Assembly: GCA_049663345.1 (NCBI GenBank)
Contig: JBATDG010000053.1
Span: 42,166 to 106,165, forward strand
Length of the DNA stretch: 64,000 bases
DNA from: Bacteroidota bacterium
GTDB lineage: Bacteria; Bacteroidota; Ignavibacteria; SZUA-365
Reading direction: 5' to 3'
This document shows, in pieces, positions 21,201-30,150 of the stretch (positions within the stretch are counted from its first letter, which is position 1; every line of letters begins with the position of its first letter). The notes under the pieces were generated by a model that was given only the letters and a program-made list of their open reading frames with translations, searched no databases and was not told the DNA's origin. The translations under genes were made by a program, and so were the position numbers.

Positions 21201-24200
21201 GAATAACCCATCGGCTCGAAGACGGTCGGGAAGTCACTTGCGGTCGAAGGAGCAGCAGCTGCGCCAGTCGAACGGAAGAAGTAACCCTTGTAGAATTCAT
21301 TGGACTCAGCAGCATTCTGCGGAGTACCGGTCGGGAACAACGCAGCCGTACGATCGGCCACAGTACCCGGACCCCAGTTGCCAAGAGGAACAGTCGTACC
21401 ACCAGGCTTGCCAGTGGACTTGAAGACCTCAACTGTGCTCACAACGTCAGGAATGACGCTGACTTCACACATGGAGGACTGGATAGAATAATCGCCTACG
21501 CCAGGAATGGTGCTAAGCTTGAGAATCGCACGCAGGTGGACAATGTCCGTACCCGCGAGGCTCAGCTTGCTGACATTCTGCGGTGCAAGCAGGAAGAAAC
21601 GCACGGCGTTGTACTCAGTGTACGTGGGGACATCGCCAAGGATGCCCGGCAAGCTGGTGCCAGCAGGAACGTTGACGAGATACGCATCGAGAAGAAGACC
21701 CGTGTTCGGATCGACTACGTTCTCGGGGTTATCGATACCACCAGCGCCACTATAGGCGATGTTCGCGGAAACCGAAGCGTAGAAACGCTTGGCACCGGAA
21801 GTCGACGGATAGAAGATCTTGTTGTCAGGAAGTTCGACAAACACCTTGTTGGTGTTCGGGTAGAAGTACGGTGCGATATCCATCGGGTTGCCGAAGATAT
21901 CTGTGAGGCGGACATAAAGATTGTTGAAGATCGGGTTGCGGTAGTTACCGACGCGACCGACAACAAATGCTTCGTCACGACCGACAACGCACTCAACGCG
22001 CGGCTGACGACCGGAGATATATGTCCAGTTCACACCGTCCCATACCACGTCCGTCGAATCCATGGCAGTCGTCTGACCCATGTTCTTTCCAAGCATGGCG
22101 TTGTAGCCAGTGCCCGGGCCGAACCAGATACCGAAGTTGTTGTTCGGTGATCCGTCAGGAATGAAGTTCGAATGCGCAAAACCGGCACCCGGATTCAAAT
22201 CCAATTTGTTGGGGTCGTTGACGTCGTTGCCGCGGTCGTTGAACGCATACGAACTGCGAACGCGAATACGATACGGGCCAACGTTGTTGTTACCGGAAGC
22301 GGCACGGAAAACGCGGTTTGCGCGGCCAAGGTTGGAAGTACCAACGTAGACGCGACCGGAATCAATGTTGCCACCAGTAACGACGATCGGCGAGATCGGA
22401 TTGATAAGCGAATCGAAGATACCGTTGAGACGATACTTGAGACCGTTGCTCAGATGACCGAAAGGCGAGAGTTCGAACTTGTAGCGTTCGTTATCGTCCA
22501 CGGTGTTTCCAAAACCATCGGTCTCGATGATATCGAGGCGCAGGTAATTGTTGTCGGCAGTACCCTTCCACTGATCGGTCGGGTTGATGTCGATGGCGCG
22601 CGGAATGTTCGGGCGCACGACGATCTTGCTACCAGTGTGCGGGAGGGAGTTGATGCCGAGAGGATCAACCGGCATGCGGAAACCAAACGGGTTGGTTGCA
22701 TCGCCGTCAGGATACCAGTTCGGGCCATTGACGCGGGCACCACCGTCAACGATAGCTTCGTTGGCACGGTAGGCACCGTTCATCATACCAGCCACATAAC
22801 GACGCGGGAAACCACCAGAGGTGTCGCCCATTGCCGCAATGGTACGGGAAATGTTTGCGGGATCGGAGTACTGAATATCCGCATACGCATAAATACGTAC
22901 GGAATCTTCAACACCACCAGGATTGACGCCAACGTCGGCATGCGTGTAAGCAATGCGACGATACACAAGCTGACCGAACTGACGAAGGGTATCATCAGCA
23001 GCGCTCACGCCCTTCAGATAGACCGTGCGATCTTCCGGAGTAGCGTCGTTGATTGTGTAGGCAAGCGCCTTCAATGCCGGCTGGGTCATGCGGTCCCAGG
23101 TGCGGTTGCCGTACGCATCAAGGAAGCGCAGCGTATCAACAGCAGAGGAAACCAGACCTGGCTGGTAAGGATTTGCAGAAACGTTGGCCACAAGCGCGCG
23201 GTAAGGCGGGATGAGACCGTTGACGGGGTTGGTGTTGACACCAGCATACCAGCCAGCTTCAGTATACGCTGCAGGAGCAAGTGCCTGATAGAGATTCGAC
23301 AGACGAAGCGGGTTGCGCTCGGGCGGCAAACCGTCGATCATCATACCAAAATCGGGGTTCTGCACGGTGGTCATACCAAAGGTACGGGTGGCGCCCGGAC
23401 GGAAGGACGTGTGTGCCACGTTCAACGCGTCGTAAGGCAGGCCATCGTCACCAAGGAAGTAACGACCGCGAGAGTAGTCACCAAAGGAACCAATATATTC
23501 ACCAGCATCAACTGCCTGTGCGGAATCACTCATCCACACGAGAATGCGGGTGGTACCCGGAAGCAGTCGAACAATCGCGAGGTCAGTACCACCAGAGAAC
23601 TGGCCACTCGGAATGACGTTGCCGTAGGCAAGCGGATTACCGCTGCTGCCGTCAAGCAAATACGCACGAAGCGTATCTTTGGCCGTGTCCGGCGGAACAG
23701 CCAGACCAGTCAGGTTATTAATGTTCGGCTTGAAGAAAATATTCTTCATCTGAATGACATCGCCACCAGCCGTCGGGTTCAACACCCGGAACGACAGGAA
23801 CTGGCGGATAGCACTCGGATCGCTGTTAAAAGGACTTGACGATGCAATATCTCCAACATTGCGATAGACCGGGCGAATGCCCAGGTCACGACCAGTTGCG
23901 GCTGCCTCGTTCTGAACGGGCAGTGCCGTGTTCGTGATGACACCATTATAGATCTCATGACCTAATGTCATCGCCGGACCCGACGGGTTCGCGCTGGTTG
24001 TCGCAATGCGCACCTTGATGTAATCAAACAGCGTTGCAGTAAGCATGCTGTTGACCACCTTGAAGCGGTTCTGGACAAAAAGAACAGCAACGGAATCGTT
24101 GTTGTTGAAGTTGCCCACGCCGCCACCGCTATCGGCAAACGTCAGCGTGTCCGCGACAAAAGTCACGGAGTCAGCGGTCTGCTCGATGGTGCGCACGATG

Positions 24201-24301
24201 TTGAAGAAGTCGCCCGTCACTGTACGGATCTGTGCATTCGCGCTGAATCCAAAGACCAGCACAAGAGCGCAGACGGACAGAAAAGTTAGGGTTTTCTTCA
24301 T
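15233..24301 (-). CDS. Giant (3022 aa) secreted cell-surface protein with multiple bacterial Ig-like domains and a T9SS C-terminal sorting domain
   Basis: Signal peptide MKKTLTFLSVCALVLVFGFSANAQ. Recurring Ig-like strand motifs (LDAYGNRTWD, LTDIFGNPMD, LLDRFQNPVGG, EYDRFGNLVDN, TPYDRYGNQNM, ARDENGNIIRD). The C-terminal ~85 aa (NYPNPFNPTTMISYSLPK...VVYDLLGNKV...SGNYILKMVAGDFSQTRKMTLLK) matches the T9SS type-A CTD. Confidence 0.85.
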   Translation of the reverse strand: MKKTLTFLSVCALVLVFGFSANAQIRTVTGDFFNIVRTIEQTADSVTFVADTLTFADSGGGVGNFNNNDSVAVLFVQNRFKVVNSMLTATLFDYIKVRIATTSANPSGPAMTLGHEIYNGVITNTALPVQNEAAATGRDLGIRPVYRNVGDIASSSPFNSDPSAIRQFLSFRVLNPTAGGDVIQMKNIFFKPNINNLTGLAVPPDTAKDTLRAYLLDGSSGNPLAYGNVIPSGQFSGGTDLAIVRLLPGTTRILVWMSDSAQAVDAGEYIGSFGDYSRGRYFLGDDGLPYDALNVAHTSFRPGATRTFGMTTVQNPDFGMMIDGLPPERNPLRLSNLYQALAPAAYTEAGWYAGVNTNPVNGLIPPYRALVANVSANPYQPGLVSSAVDTLRFLDAYGNRTWDRMTQPALKALAYTINDATPEDRTVYLKGVSAADDTLRQFGQLVYRRIAYTHADVGVNPGGVEDSVRIYAYADIQYSDPANISRTIAAMGDTSGGFPRRYVAGMMNGAYRANEAIVDGGARVNGPNWYPDGDATNPFGFRMPVDPLGINSLPHTGSKIVVRPNIPRAIDINPTDQWKGTADNNYLRLDIIETDGFGNTVDDNERYKFELSPFGHLSNGLKYRLNGIFDSLINPISPIVVTGGNIDSGRVYVGTSNLGRANRVFRAASGNNNVGPYRIRVRSSYAFNDRGNDVNDPNKLDLNPGAGFAHSNFIPDGSPNNNFGIWFGPGTGYNAMLGKNMGQTTAMDSTDVVWDGVNWTYISGRQPRVECVVGRDEAFVVGRVGNYRNPIFNNLYVRLTDIFGNPMDIAPYFYPNTNKVFVELPDNKIFYPSTSGAKRFYASVSANIAYSGAGGIDNPENVVDPNTGLLLDAYLVNVPAGTSLPGILGDVPTYTEYNAVRFFLLAPQNVSKLSLAGTDIVHLRAILKLSTIPGVGDYSIQSSMCEVSVIPDVVSTVEVFKSTGKPGGTTVPLGNWGPGTVADRTAALFPTGTPQNAAESNEFYKGYFFRSTGAAAAPSTASDFPTVFEPMGYSDQGIGSFQASDIDLDHDATCPIPMDTIVVSEHNKQLRLVARLLDRFQNPVGGRLVKFFVESETVPVTPPKTQLQSTTARGGFGEFGQVFITDDTLKRTTIGDTAQAGWVTSYFVSGRVGWQIVRVAMTPDTLAFDISDLGRNLGEGTVVGPTKRGFAPRVIIPIYQKADTTVRAEIFPYSAAATSPIPLPVDLVKLQVLEHHSVYIDAGSSLAQIDSYAPKFFAYSANPLAQEDRATHYNGVANTNIRPYIVDTLNMTNADPMDVKSITAGRTVTLLAREYDRFGNLVDNFSEFEDTARVRFRMWGDNWGSAPAPYSGAGTIAPASNWTRDEFGPMRKARYRHTRIGNLVSGVHINQTAFFTALEYPTPKLANATVFFEVTATAVLNGSGPVNIHRDTVKVVSVMKSPTRFDILRAGQDYSALGPGVGPVGQFELDGLPEARTIKFPPVINIAMPLGGDVNQHGLTDQGVDNILISQVYKRNISPIPVGKYECVNEDNVPLDKDGDALFLPDGSVNPDFERNPYSGLPTYLKLDAYNNLNPQTSPNDRYNDLNNGGNKYTVPSGARRDGTIFDITIAGGGDGIGTSGVGQNWDGALATKDDRRPVLLRATPIWENDPPTGGNAYLIPGQTREYGRLYADTVYTYTGTLSALKAAATRAEFMGTRTDMGNPGFYKLTGEGDRITRIGVSNWLPSDYLRAGLPHRGNPLPAIQSFRTRFGVGMSGGSDATGQVFGDFNRRAAVLGSAFGREVSVFGNTNLTFAPGAFLRVVDSTSEQVIDLRVVAPDLMDMAGNVVDDTLSYDQAKATIVRRANRLDPFNPLFHLDDTYFDINVTDIQGPNMSVNRIGELPIQRVNRSTHGLMVAAVRQFFGPARTNRLRHTFVVVPYRIAFTSIFPSSYDITANTFDKSTLPVGILPIQADIDTLPRVSPMFYPDPYGTPINQFEIFSRIYGQIRHGATIDQIPNNANTPFARPDTIFRDQWYTYSVTPYDRYGNQNMRDSMYVNLGTRHTTWEFTNVNAMGASGNLEITGGGRYFEAKPVGFPQNNQLRQDSIILYNLSLVSAGNRNDFLGMKPDDKRLGDAVGDRAGELLRDGILPANAIAIRPVAIKMPYAPNNFTLSTPALSNTSLFRMDHTGNCLDTLGVKYDGLTQDFLRLQWQPARYSDPTYNNPNDTIRYEWYAIIDSVGGTQSLTVSILADNDGKNPSLTLSGDKVRELLFRPNMLPQPNRDSLVMRVKWFVRAFSKIAGLETYSDTAGATVRNNPLPTEPLVISINRLPDSPPTAVQPPDGGTEFVDGTTPLDVLWSAASDINNRKGDVLDNNLVGDPGPFMIYNPSTRKWELDPSRTIDTLSYMWVGRVVSTFPVGKGAAIGTVIVIDGGTSTGIQVPTSDLDALFAGFSSDPTSTSADSVKIEWFVYTKDFNVNDALPLEQVEFPFVPGIFTDPALALNGDTSRWSPTSCQPHWIVSGPFRLALTKLKGGGVEIDPMAGDPDINALVGEEICFTLTARDENGNIIRDWDSPSKNNPATTLKLNGSTANTDTSQASWNSDPDGYTWALITQDGTALTSIGPNEWSIPASAFKDGVAIVCIVHTMAGKGVTIEVTPTIANLNQTSATMNFGADEITNYLVDITGATGNPDEVYLLRRYELVVSPRDRYLNVVSDRTIRTRFTARFPGEFDQNQPGLSDIFSGEVFIKGTTNYFLASRLRRIDSKNEERQWVLAYASIDNTIDGRTDPYQILDHAPNPFALQTPADQTELKLMHAIDQEQFTWVKAAPQDPYTNIQISRFDPATFSDEVTYMIRFVDAASLTRAVDFASDDQGKEATFTSNHGQLAGIIDIISGLPTTKSQDIVWYVEATDGLYTTQSSPPYNDPASRPGYRLKLTKDLILSTGNTAPAAFALSQNYPNPFNPTTMISYSLPKSTQVSVVVYDLLGNKVKTLVNESVDAGSYEVVWNATNDLGVQVPSGNYILKMVAGDFSQTRKMTLLK

Positions 24302-24777
24302 TCGAAAATTCTCCTAGTGAATTGATAATAGAGTCGGGGTTGACGGGTTGACGCGAAAACAACCTGGTGGTTTGCTCTGGTGATAGCTCGTTTCCTTCTT
24401 TGCCTTAAACCTCCGATTTTCATTATAAAAGAAATGTTCGTTCTCGTTACTGTATGGTCTTAAATCGAATTGCGAAAAATGGAAGTCAGTAATATACCGG
24501 TTGTGTTTTTATCAATCAACTGAATCTGCATTACAAAACTCTGACTTCGTTCATCCACGATCATGCTTCAGTTTGGGGCGCATACGTGTCTATCCATACA
24601 TGCAATATTCTTGCCAATATATAAACGCATCAATAACAACGACTTATCTTAGAGATTTCTGCAAACGTCAAATATATGACAGTGCTTGGAGAGCTTGCCG
24701 ACGGATATATGACGATGATGCGTCCTCAGCGGCAGAGGAAAAATGACTCAAGTAGCGGCTTGTTCTTGGTCCGCTGT
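24302..24777. promoter_or_regulatory. AT-rich 475-bp intergenic leader/promoter region upstream of the giant cargo gene, containing short direct repeats
   Basis: Markedly lower GC than the flanks. Direct repeats GGGTTGACGGGTTGACG (about 24340) and ATATATGAC x2 (about 24670-24710). Confidence 0.3.
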
Positions 24778-25413
24778 TTAGCGCAAATCTATGATTTCTG
24801 ACTTCTCAGGTACCTGATACGTGAATCTTGAATCAGGCAAATCCTGGTCGACACTGATCTTCTCAATGACATACGTTGTCACCGCGCCATTGATATCGGT
24901 GATCTCAATCTTCCTGATGAGCCAGTCCTTGCTCACCCTGATTTTCATGGCAGTCGCAAAAGCATTGTCTTCTTTCGGCGTCAATTTCAGGACGTATGCA
25001 TTCTGCCCGGCAAATTTTTCCTCGCCAACAAGCGTCGAATAATAATCTTTCGGATACGAGAGAAGAAGCTGCTCCGGCGAAAGAGAATGCGTCTCTTCTT
25101 TATAATTATCAATCACAACCTGACGGTTCTGCGGATTCCATGACCAGGACGTTTTTCCATCGGTCACGATTGTCCGCTCTTCAGTCTCAATTCGGTATTT
25201 GTTGGGCTTCTTGAACAGCAGCGTACCCTTGACGCTCTGTTCTGCCTTCGACACCTTGTAGCGCACACTCTGCGAAAAAGTGATCGTGGCGTCGGTCATG
25301 TCCTGGTAGCGATCCTGGACGTTCTCGATAATTTCCCGCGCATCAATGGCCCAGGCAATCATCAACGGGAGAATTGCGATTATAGCGAAGAGCAGATAGC
25401 GTGTTTTCATCAC
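24778..25413 (-). CDS. lolA: LolA-family outer-membrane lipoprotein carrier protein
   Basis: About 210 aa with a signal peptide and LolA-like beta-rich sequence. It sits immediately downstream of ftsK in the conserved ftsK-lolA arrangement. Confidence 0.7.
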   Translation of the reverse strand: MMKTRYLLFAIIAILPLMIAWAIDAREIIENVQDRYQDMTDATITFSQSVRYKVSKAEQSVKGTLLFKKPNKYRIETEERTIVTDGKTSWSWNPQNRQVVIDNYKEETHSLSPEQLLLSYPKDYYSTLVGEEKFAGQNAYVLKLTPKEDNAFATAMKIRVSKDWLIRKIEITDINGAVTTYVIEKISVDQDLPDSRFTYQVPEKSEIIDLR

Positions 25414-25419
25414 AGCTCC

Positions 25420-28197
25420 TTACAGCGTTTGTAGAATGTCTTCGAGTTGCTCTTCGTCTTCAACCATGACCTGACGGGCTTTGCTCCCATCGTAGGGACC
25501 AACAATCCCAGCCATCTCCAATTGGTCAACGATTCGCGCTGCTCGCGAATAGCCGATTTTCAGCCGCCGCTGCAGCAGCGAAACCGAACCCTGCTGATGC
25601 CTTACTATTAAACGCGCTGCCTCGAACATCAAGTCATCAGTGCCGATTTCGTCTTCGCGGGATTTTGATTTCTGCTGCTGTGAACGCACCGACGGCAATG
25701 AATAGGGACGCTGATATCCATGCTGGTCGCTGATGAATTCGACAACCCGCTCTACTTCCTCGGTCGACAGATACGCATTCTGAATGCGCACCGGCTTTCC
25801 CTGGCCCGCAGGCAAATACAGCATGTCGCCATTGCCGAGCAGCTGATCCGCTCCGGAACCGTCGATGACAGTCCGGCTATCTATGCGGCTCGAAACCTGG
25901 TATGCGATGCGCGCAGGGAAATTCGCTTTGATCACGCCGGTGATGACGTCGACCGATGGGCGCTGCGTCGCAAGCACGAGATGAATACCAACCGCACGCG
26001 CCAGCTGGGCCAGTCGCGCAATCGGCTCTTCCACTTCCCGAGCTGCGGTTATCATCAGATCCGCCAACTCGTCGATGATCACAACGATGTATGGAAGCTG
26101 ATAATGTTTGACGAGCTCCGTATCACGCAGCTGTCCCGCCTGAACCTTGAGGTTGTAATCGTCTACATGCCTCACGCCCGCTTTCGCAAGCTTCGTATAG
26201 CGCATGTCCATTTCCAGCTCAAGACTCTTGAGTACTATCACCGCGTTGGCGGGATCGGTGATGATTTCCTCATCGATGTCGGGACAGGTAGCGAGGAAAT
26301 GACGGCTGAGTCCGCGGTACTGCGCAAGCTCGATTTTCTTCGGATCGATCATGACGAACTTCACCTGCTGCGGCTTCATTCTGTACAGCAGACTGGTGAT
26401 CATCACATTGATGCCCACGCTCTTTCCGGATCCCGTCGCTCCCGCAATCAGCAGATGCGGCATGCGAGCAAGATCCACGCAGACGACATCGCCGGTGATG
26501 GACTTTCCCAACCCCAGCGTCAACCGATGCCGCGACTTGCTGAATTCCGGTGCCGAGACTACCGTACGGAAATTCACCAGCTCAGGCTTGTCGTTCGGAA
26601 TTTCGATGCCGACGGCGCTTTTCCCGGGAATCGGAGCGATAATTCGAATTCCCTTGGCCGCGAGAGCGAGAGCGAGATCGTCGGAGAGCGAAGTGATCTT
26701 GCTGATCTTCACGCTGGAATCGGGTACGAGCTCGAACAGCGTGACCACCGGACCCGGAGTCACTGAGATGCTCTCTATTCCGATGCCGAACACCGACAGC
26801 TTCTCTTTCACCTGGGCGGCTTTGTTCCGTAATTCAGCATCCGAAACGGTGTTGGTGTTCACTTGACGATCAAGCAGATCCGGCGTCGGAAACTTGTATC
26901 GGATCTGGGCTTCCGCAAGCTCTTTGTTAAGAGCATCTGCATCTGCTGCACCCTCGGACTGCATGACCTTTCGCGCCACCGCAGCCTGCACCGCCTTGCG
27001 TTCGTGCTCGTTTGCGATGACATCCGATAAGGCGACATCCGGGTCCTGAATGGCATTCCCGTTTCGATCCGCACTCTGTTCGGTGTGCGCGGCAATAACT
27101 TCATCCGGGTTGAGTGGGGCCTTACTCTTCCGTGCCGGTGCGCCTTGCTGCGCTTCCGAAGATAGCTGGGGCGCCGAACTTTTCTCTGCTCCGTTTGTGT
27201 CGGCAATATTACGATGCGGCACCATCATGCCTCCAAGACCCTCGATGGCATCGCGCGAAATCGTTCCGTTAGAACGAGGAGTCGCGCCTTCCTCTGGATT
27301 CGGGGGAGATGAGACCGCCCATGCTTCAGGTTCATCCTGCTGGCGTGAAATGGAGACATGCAGAGGCGGCGGCGGAATCGTTGCCGCAGGTGAGCGGTCC
27401 GGCTGCGCGGTTCTGCGCGATTTCGTTGCGGGCGCTGCGGCCGGTGCCGGCGCTGCGCTTACTTCTTCTTCGTACTCAGCAATCGCCGCGTCACGCTCCG
27501 CCTTGAACGCGGAATTCAGTGCCCCGGCTTTGCCGGTGATCGTCATATGCATCCAATCCATGAAGCGTCTGGCGCGGTCGAACGTCGCGTGGATATCATA
27601 ATCCACGACTACCACGGCAAGCACGACGATCGTCGTCATGATAACTATCACTCCGCCGGTGGTACCTATCAGACGCGAGATCAGGCCGGCCACGAAGTCG
27701 CCGATGTTCCCCGACCAGGAAACCGATAATTCCGGCATCCATGAGACGAGGCGGATCAATCCGAGAAACGTTGAAAGCAGAAAAACGAGGACGAGCGAAT
27801 AATTGGTGTAATAGGCCAGCGCGCGCAGGTCCTGGCGGCGCAAAATCGACCAGCCCCACATCATAAGCAGAATGGGAAACGCGAGTGAAAAATATCCGAG
27901 AGTAATGTTGATGAAAAAATTCGCGATGATGGCGCCGAAAAGCCCCAGCCAGTTCGCTGTCGTATCCGCACGTGCCTGGATTTCCGCGTCACCGCCAAAA
28001 AGACGTATCAGGTCGCCGAAGCCGATATCAGCCACGGTTTCATCGGCATGTGCATGCGAGAGAAGCGCCAGCAGAATCAGGAAGGCGCTGGCAATCATCA
28101 GCAAGCCGATAATGTCAAGCTTCCGTTTCGTGTCCAGCGATGAACGGCTGCGCGTTGTTTCCTTCGCGGTTTCGGTATTTTTACTCTTGCGTCGCAA
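25420..28197 (-). CDS. ftsK: DNA translocase FtsK (N-terminal membrane domain, long Pro/Ala-rich linker, RecA-like motor, gamma wHTH domain)
   Basis: Walker A GATGSGKSVGIN, Walker B VVIIDELADLM, and the gamma domain (LLQRRLKIGYSRAARIVDQLEMAGIVG). The ORF's first 74 codons overlap gcvT, so the start is placed at an internal TTG (28197) giving MRRKSKNTETAKE...; ATG at 28098 is the alternative. Confidence 0.85.
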   Translation of the reverse strand: MRRKSKNTETAKETTRSRSSLDTKRKLDIIGLLMIASAFLILLALLSHAHADETVADIGFGDLIRLFGGDAEIQARADTTANWLGLFGAIIANFFINITLGYFSLAFPILLMMWGWSILRRQDLRALAYYTNYSLVLVFLLSTFLGLIRLVSWMPELSVSWSGNIGDFVAGLISRLIGTTGGVIVIMTTIVVLAVVVVDYDIHATFDRARRFMDWMHMTITGKAGALNSAFKAERDAAIAEYEEEVSAAPAPAAAPATKSRRTAQPDRSPAATIPPPPLHVSISRQQDEPEAWAVSSPPNPEEGATPRSNGTISRDAIEGLGGMMVPHRNIADTNGAEKSSAPQLSSEAQQGAPARKSKAPLNPDEVIAAHTEQSADRNGNAIQDPDVALSDVIANEHERKAVQAAVARKVMQSEGAADADALNKELAEAQIRYKFPTPDLLDRQVNTNTVSDAELRNKAAQVKEKLSVFGIGIESISVTPGPVVTLFELVPDSSVKISKITSLSDDLALALAAKGIRIIAPIPGKSAVGIEIPNDKPELVNFRTVVSAPEFSKSRHRLTLGLGKSITGDVVCVDLARMPHLLIAGATGSGKSVGINVMITSLLYRMKPQQVKFVMIDPKKIELAQYRGLSRHFLATCPDIDEEIITDPANAVIVLKSLELEMDMRYTKLAKAGVRHVDDYNLKVQAGQLRDTELVKHYQLPYIVVIIDELADLMITAAREVEEPIARLAQLARAVGIHLVLATQRPSVDVITGVIKANFPARIAYQVSSRIDSRTVIDGSGADQLLGNGDMLYLPAGQGKPVRIQNAYLSTEEVERVVEFISDQHGYQRPYSLPSVRSQQQKSKSREDEIGTDDLMFEAARLIVRHQQGSVSLLQRRLKIGYSRAARIVDQLEMAGIVGPYDGSKARQVMVEDEEQLEDILQTL

Positions 28198-28250
28198 TAA
28201 GTGTATCGGCGACCGGGATAGCGGAGCTTCCCGGTCAACACTCCATTTTT

Positions 28251-29336
28251 TTACTGCTTTGTAACGAATGGGACTTTCACAACCGTGGCCGGAATCGGCT
28301 GGTTGCGGATCATGATGTCGACGGTGCTGCCCTCGCTGCCGTATTCGACTGGAACGTATCCCATCGCAATACCCTTTTCGAGCATCGGCGATACGGTTCC
28401 GCTGGTGACGTGGCCGCATACTGTTCCGTTCACAGCGATATCGTAACCGTGACGGGGGAATGCACGGCCTTCGAGAGTCAGGCCTACCAACGTGCGTTTG
28501 AATCCTTCTTCCTTCGCTTTCACCATTGCCTCGCGGCCGATGAAGTCGCCTTTCTGCAGCTTGGTGATCCAGCCGAGCTTAGCTTCAAGCGGCATGGTCG
28601 TGTGGTCGATATCGTTGCCATATAGGCAGAAACCCACCTCAAGACGCAGAGTGTCGCGTGCACCGAGGCCAATCGGCTCGATAGTGAATTCTTCGCCTGC
28701 TTCGAAAATCGCGTTCCACATTTTCGCACCGAGCGCGTTGTCGGATTTGAAATAGAGTTCAAAGCCAAGCTCGCCTGTGTATCCGGTGCGGGACAGCAGA
28801 CAGTCGATGCCCGCCACCTGACCGCGGCGGAAGGAATAATACTTCATGTCTTCGAGATCGATGTCCGTGATTTTCTTCAGCGTCTCAAGGGATTTGGGTC
28901 CCTGAACAGCGAGCAGCGCGGTTTCATCGCTCTTGTCGATCAACTGAACGTCGCCTTCGATGTGCTCGCTCAGCCAGTTGAAGTCCTTTTCGAGATTGGA
29001 GGCGTTCACAACGAGCTGCACATAATCGCCGCAGTCGTAGACGAGCAGATCATCGACGATGCCGCCGTCTTCATAGCACATGGAAGAATACTGCACGCCG
29101 CCCTCGACCAGTTTGGTCACATCGTTGGTGGTCATGCGCTGTACGAAGGCGAAAGCGTCCGCACCGCGAACCTCAAATTCACCCATATGCGTGACATCGA
29201 AAACGCCAACGCTTTCGCGAACACGCTTATGCTCCGCGATGATGCCCTTGTATTGTATGGGCATGTCAAATCCTGCAAACTCGACCATCTTGGCGCCGAG
29301 CTGCACATGAATGTCATGAAACGGTGTTAGCTTCAT
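28251..29336 (-). CDS. gcvT: Glycine cleavage system T protein (aminomethyltransferase)
   Basis: Full-length (361 aa) GcvT-family sequence with conserved N-terminal ([18 protein letters not shown]) and central segments. Confidence 0.9.
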   Translation of the reverse strand: MKLTPFHDIHVQLGAKMVEFAGFDMPIQYKGIIAEHKRVRESVGVFDVTHMGEFEVRGADAFAFVQRMTTNDVTKLVEGGVQYSSMCYEDGGIVDDLLVYDCGDYVQLVVNASNLEKDFNWLSEHIEGDVQLIDKSDETALLAVQGPKSLETLKKITDIDLEDMKYYSFRRGQVAGIDCLLSRTGYTGELGFELYFKSDNALGAKMWNAIFEAGEEFTIEPIGLGARDTLRLEVGFCLYGNDIDHTTMPLEAKLGWITKLQKGDFIGREAMVKAKEEGFKRTLVGLTLEGRAFPRHGYDIAVNGTVCGHVTSGTVSPMLEKGIAMGYVPVEYGSEGSTVDIMIRNQPIPATVVKVPFVTKQ

Positions 29337-29378
29337 TTCAATCAGCCAGTAAGTATGTAAAAAGTGACAGTATCCGAA

Positions 29379-30032
29379 TCAGACGAGTTTCGCCTCGTTC
29401 TTCTTCCAGTCGTCAAGGAACTGCGCCAAACCGCTTGTCGTCAAGGGATGCATGAACATCTGATCGATGATCTTGAACGGAATGGTTGCTACGTCCGCGC
29501 CCATCATCGCGGACTGCACGACGTGCAGAGGATGACGGATGCTCGCGGCCAGGACCTGCGTAGTGTAATTGTAGTTCTGATATATAGTGACGATCTGTTG
29601 AATCAATTCCATGCCGTCGATGCTGATATCATCGAGCCGGCCGATAAATGGCGAAATGTAGGTGGCTCCGGCTTTCGCGGCGAGAAGAGCCTGGGTGGGA
29701 GAAAAACAAAGAGTGACGTTGGTCTTGATACCCTCGTCGGTGAGCTGCCGCACAGCTTTCAGTCCTTCACGAATTAGAGGAACCTTAACCACGATGTTTT
29801 CATGAATCGCAGCTAGCACGCGGGCTTCGGCAAGAATGCCTTCCTTATCGATAGAAACAACTTCCGCACTGATGGGGCCATCGACGACTTCAAGAATTTC
29901 ATCGAGAAGCTGACGGAAATTTTTTCCTTCCTTGGCAACCAGCGACGGGTTTGTGGTTACTCCATCAAGAATCCCTAAGCTGGCAGCTTCACGTATTTCA
30001 TCAATGTTTGCACTGTCGATGAAAAATTTCAT
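29379..30032 (-). CDS. Transaldolase / fructose-6-phosphate aldolase (short TalC/Fsa type)
   Basis: 217 aa. [13 protein letters not shown]...GVTTNPSL, and the Schiff-base lysine region (..NIVVKVP..). Classic short transaldolase. Confidence 0.9.
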   Translation of the reverse strand: MKFFIDSANIDEIREAASLGILDGVTTNPSLVAKEGKNFRQLLDEILEVVDGPISAEVVSIDKEGILAEARVLAAIHENIVVKVPLIREGLKAVRQLTDEGIKTNVTLCFSPTQALLAAKAGATYISPFIGRLDDISIDGMELIQQIVTIYQNYNYTTQVLAASIRHPLHVVQSAMMGADVATIPFKIIDQMFMHPLTTSGLAQFLDDWKKNEAKLV

Positions 30033-30150
30033 TTCCGACCTCAGATATTACTTTAAGTGAAGTTGCCAACGTGACAACTGAAAATATGAAACAGGGATTC
30101 AATATGCAACGGTTTTCACAAAATCCCCTAACATAATACGAATCACCATT

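Noticed and set aside
15233-24301. Numerous long + strand ORFs inside the giant gene (17798..18478, 19094..19993, 20015..22150 at 711 aa, 22172..23839 at 555 aa, and others)
   Set aside because: They are antisense to a gene with a clear signal peptide, Ig-like motifs and a T9SS CTD. Their translations are Arg/Val/Thr-rich with no motifs, which is typical of high-GC antisense artefacts.
28198-28419. N-terminal 74 codons of the ftsK ORF ([16 protein letters not shown]...)
   Set aside because: They overlap the 3' end of gcvT by about 170 nt and are not FtsK-like. An internal TTG (28197) or ATG (28098) gives a normal basic N-terminus followed by TM helices.
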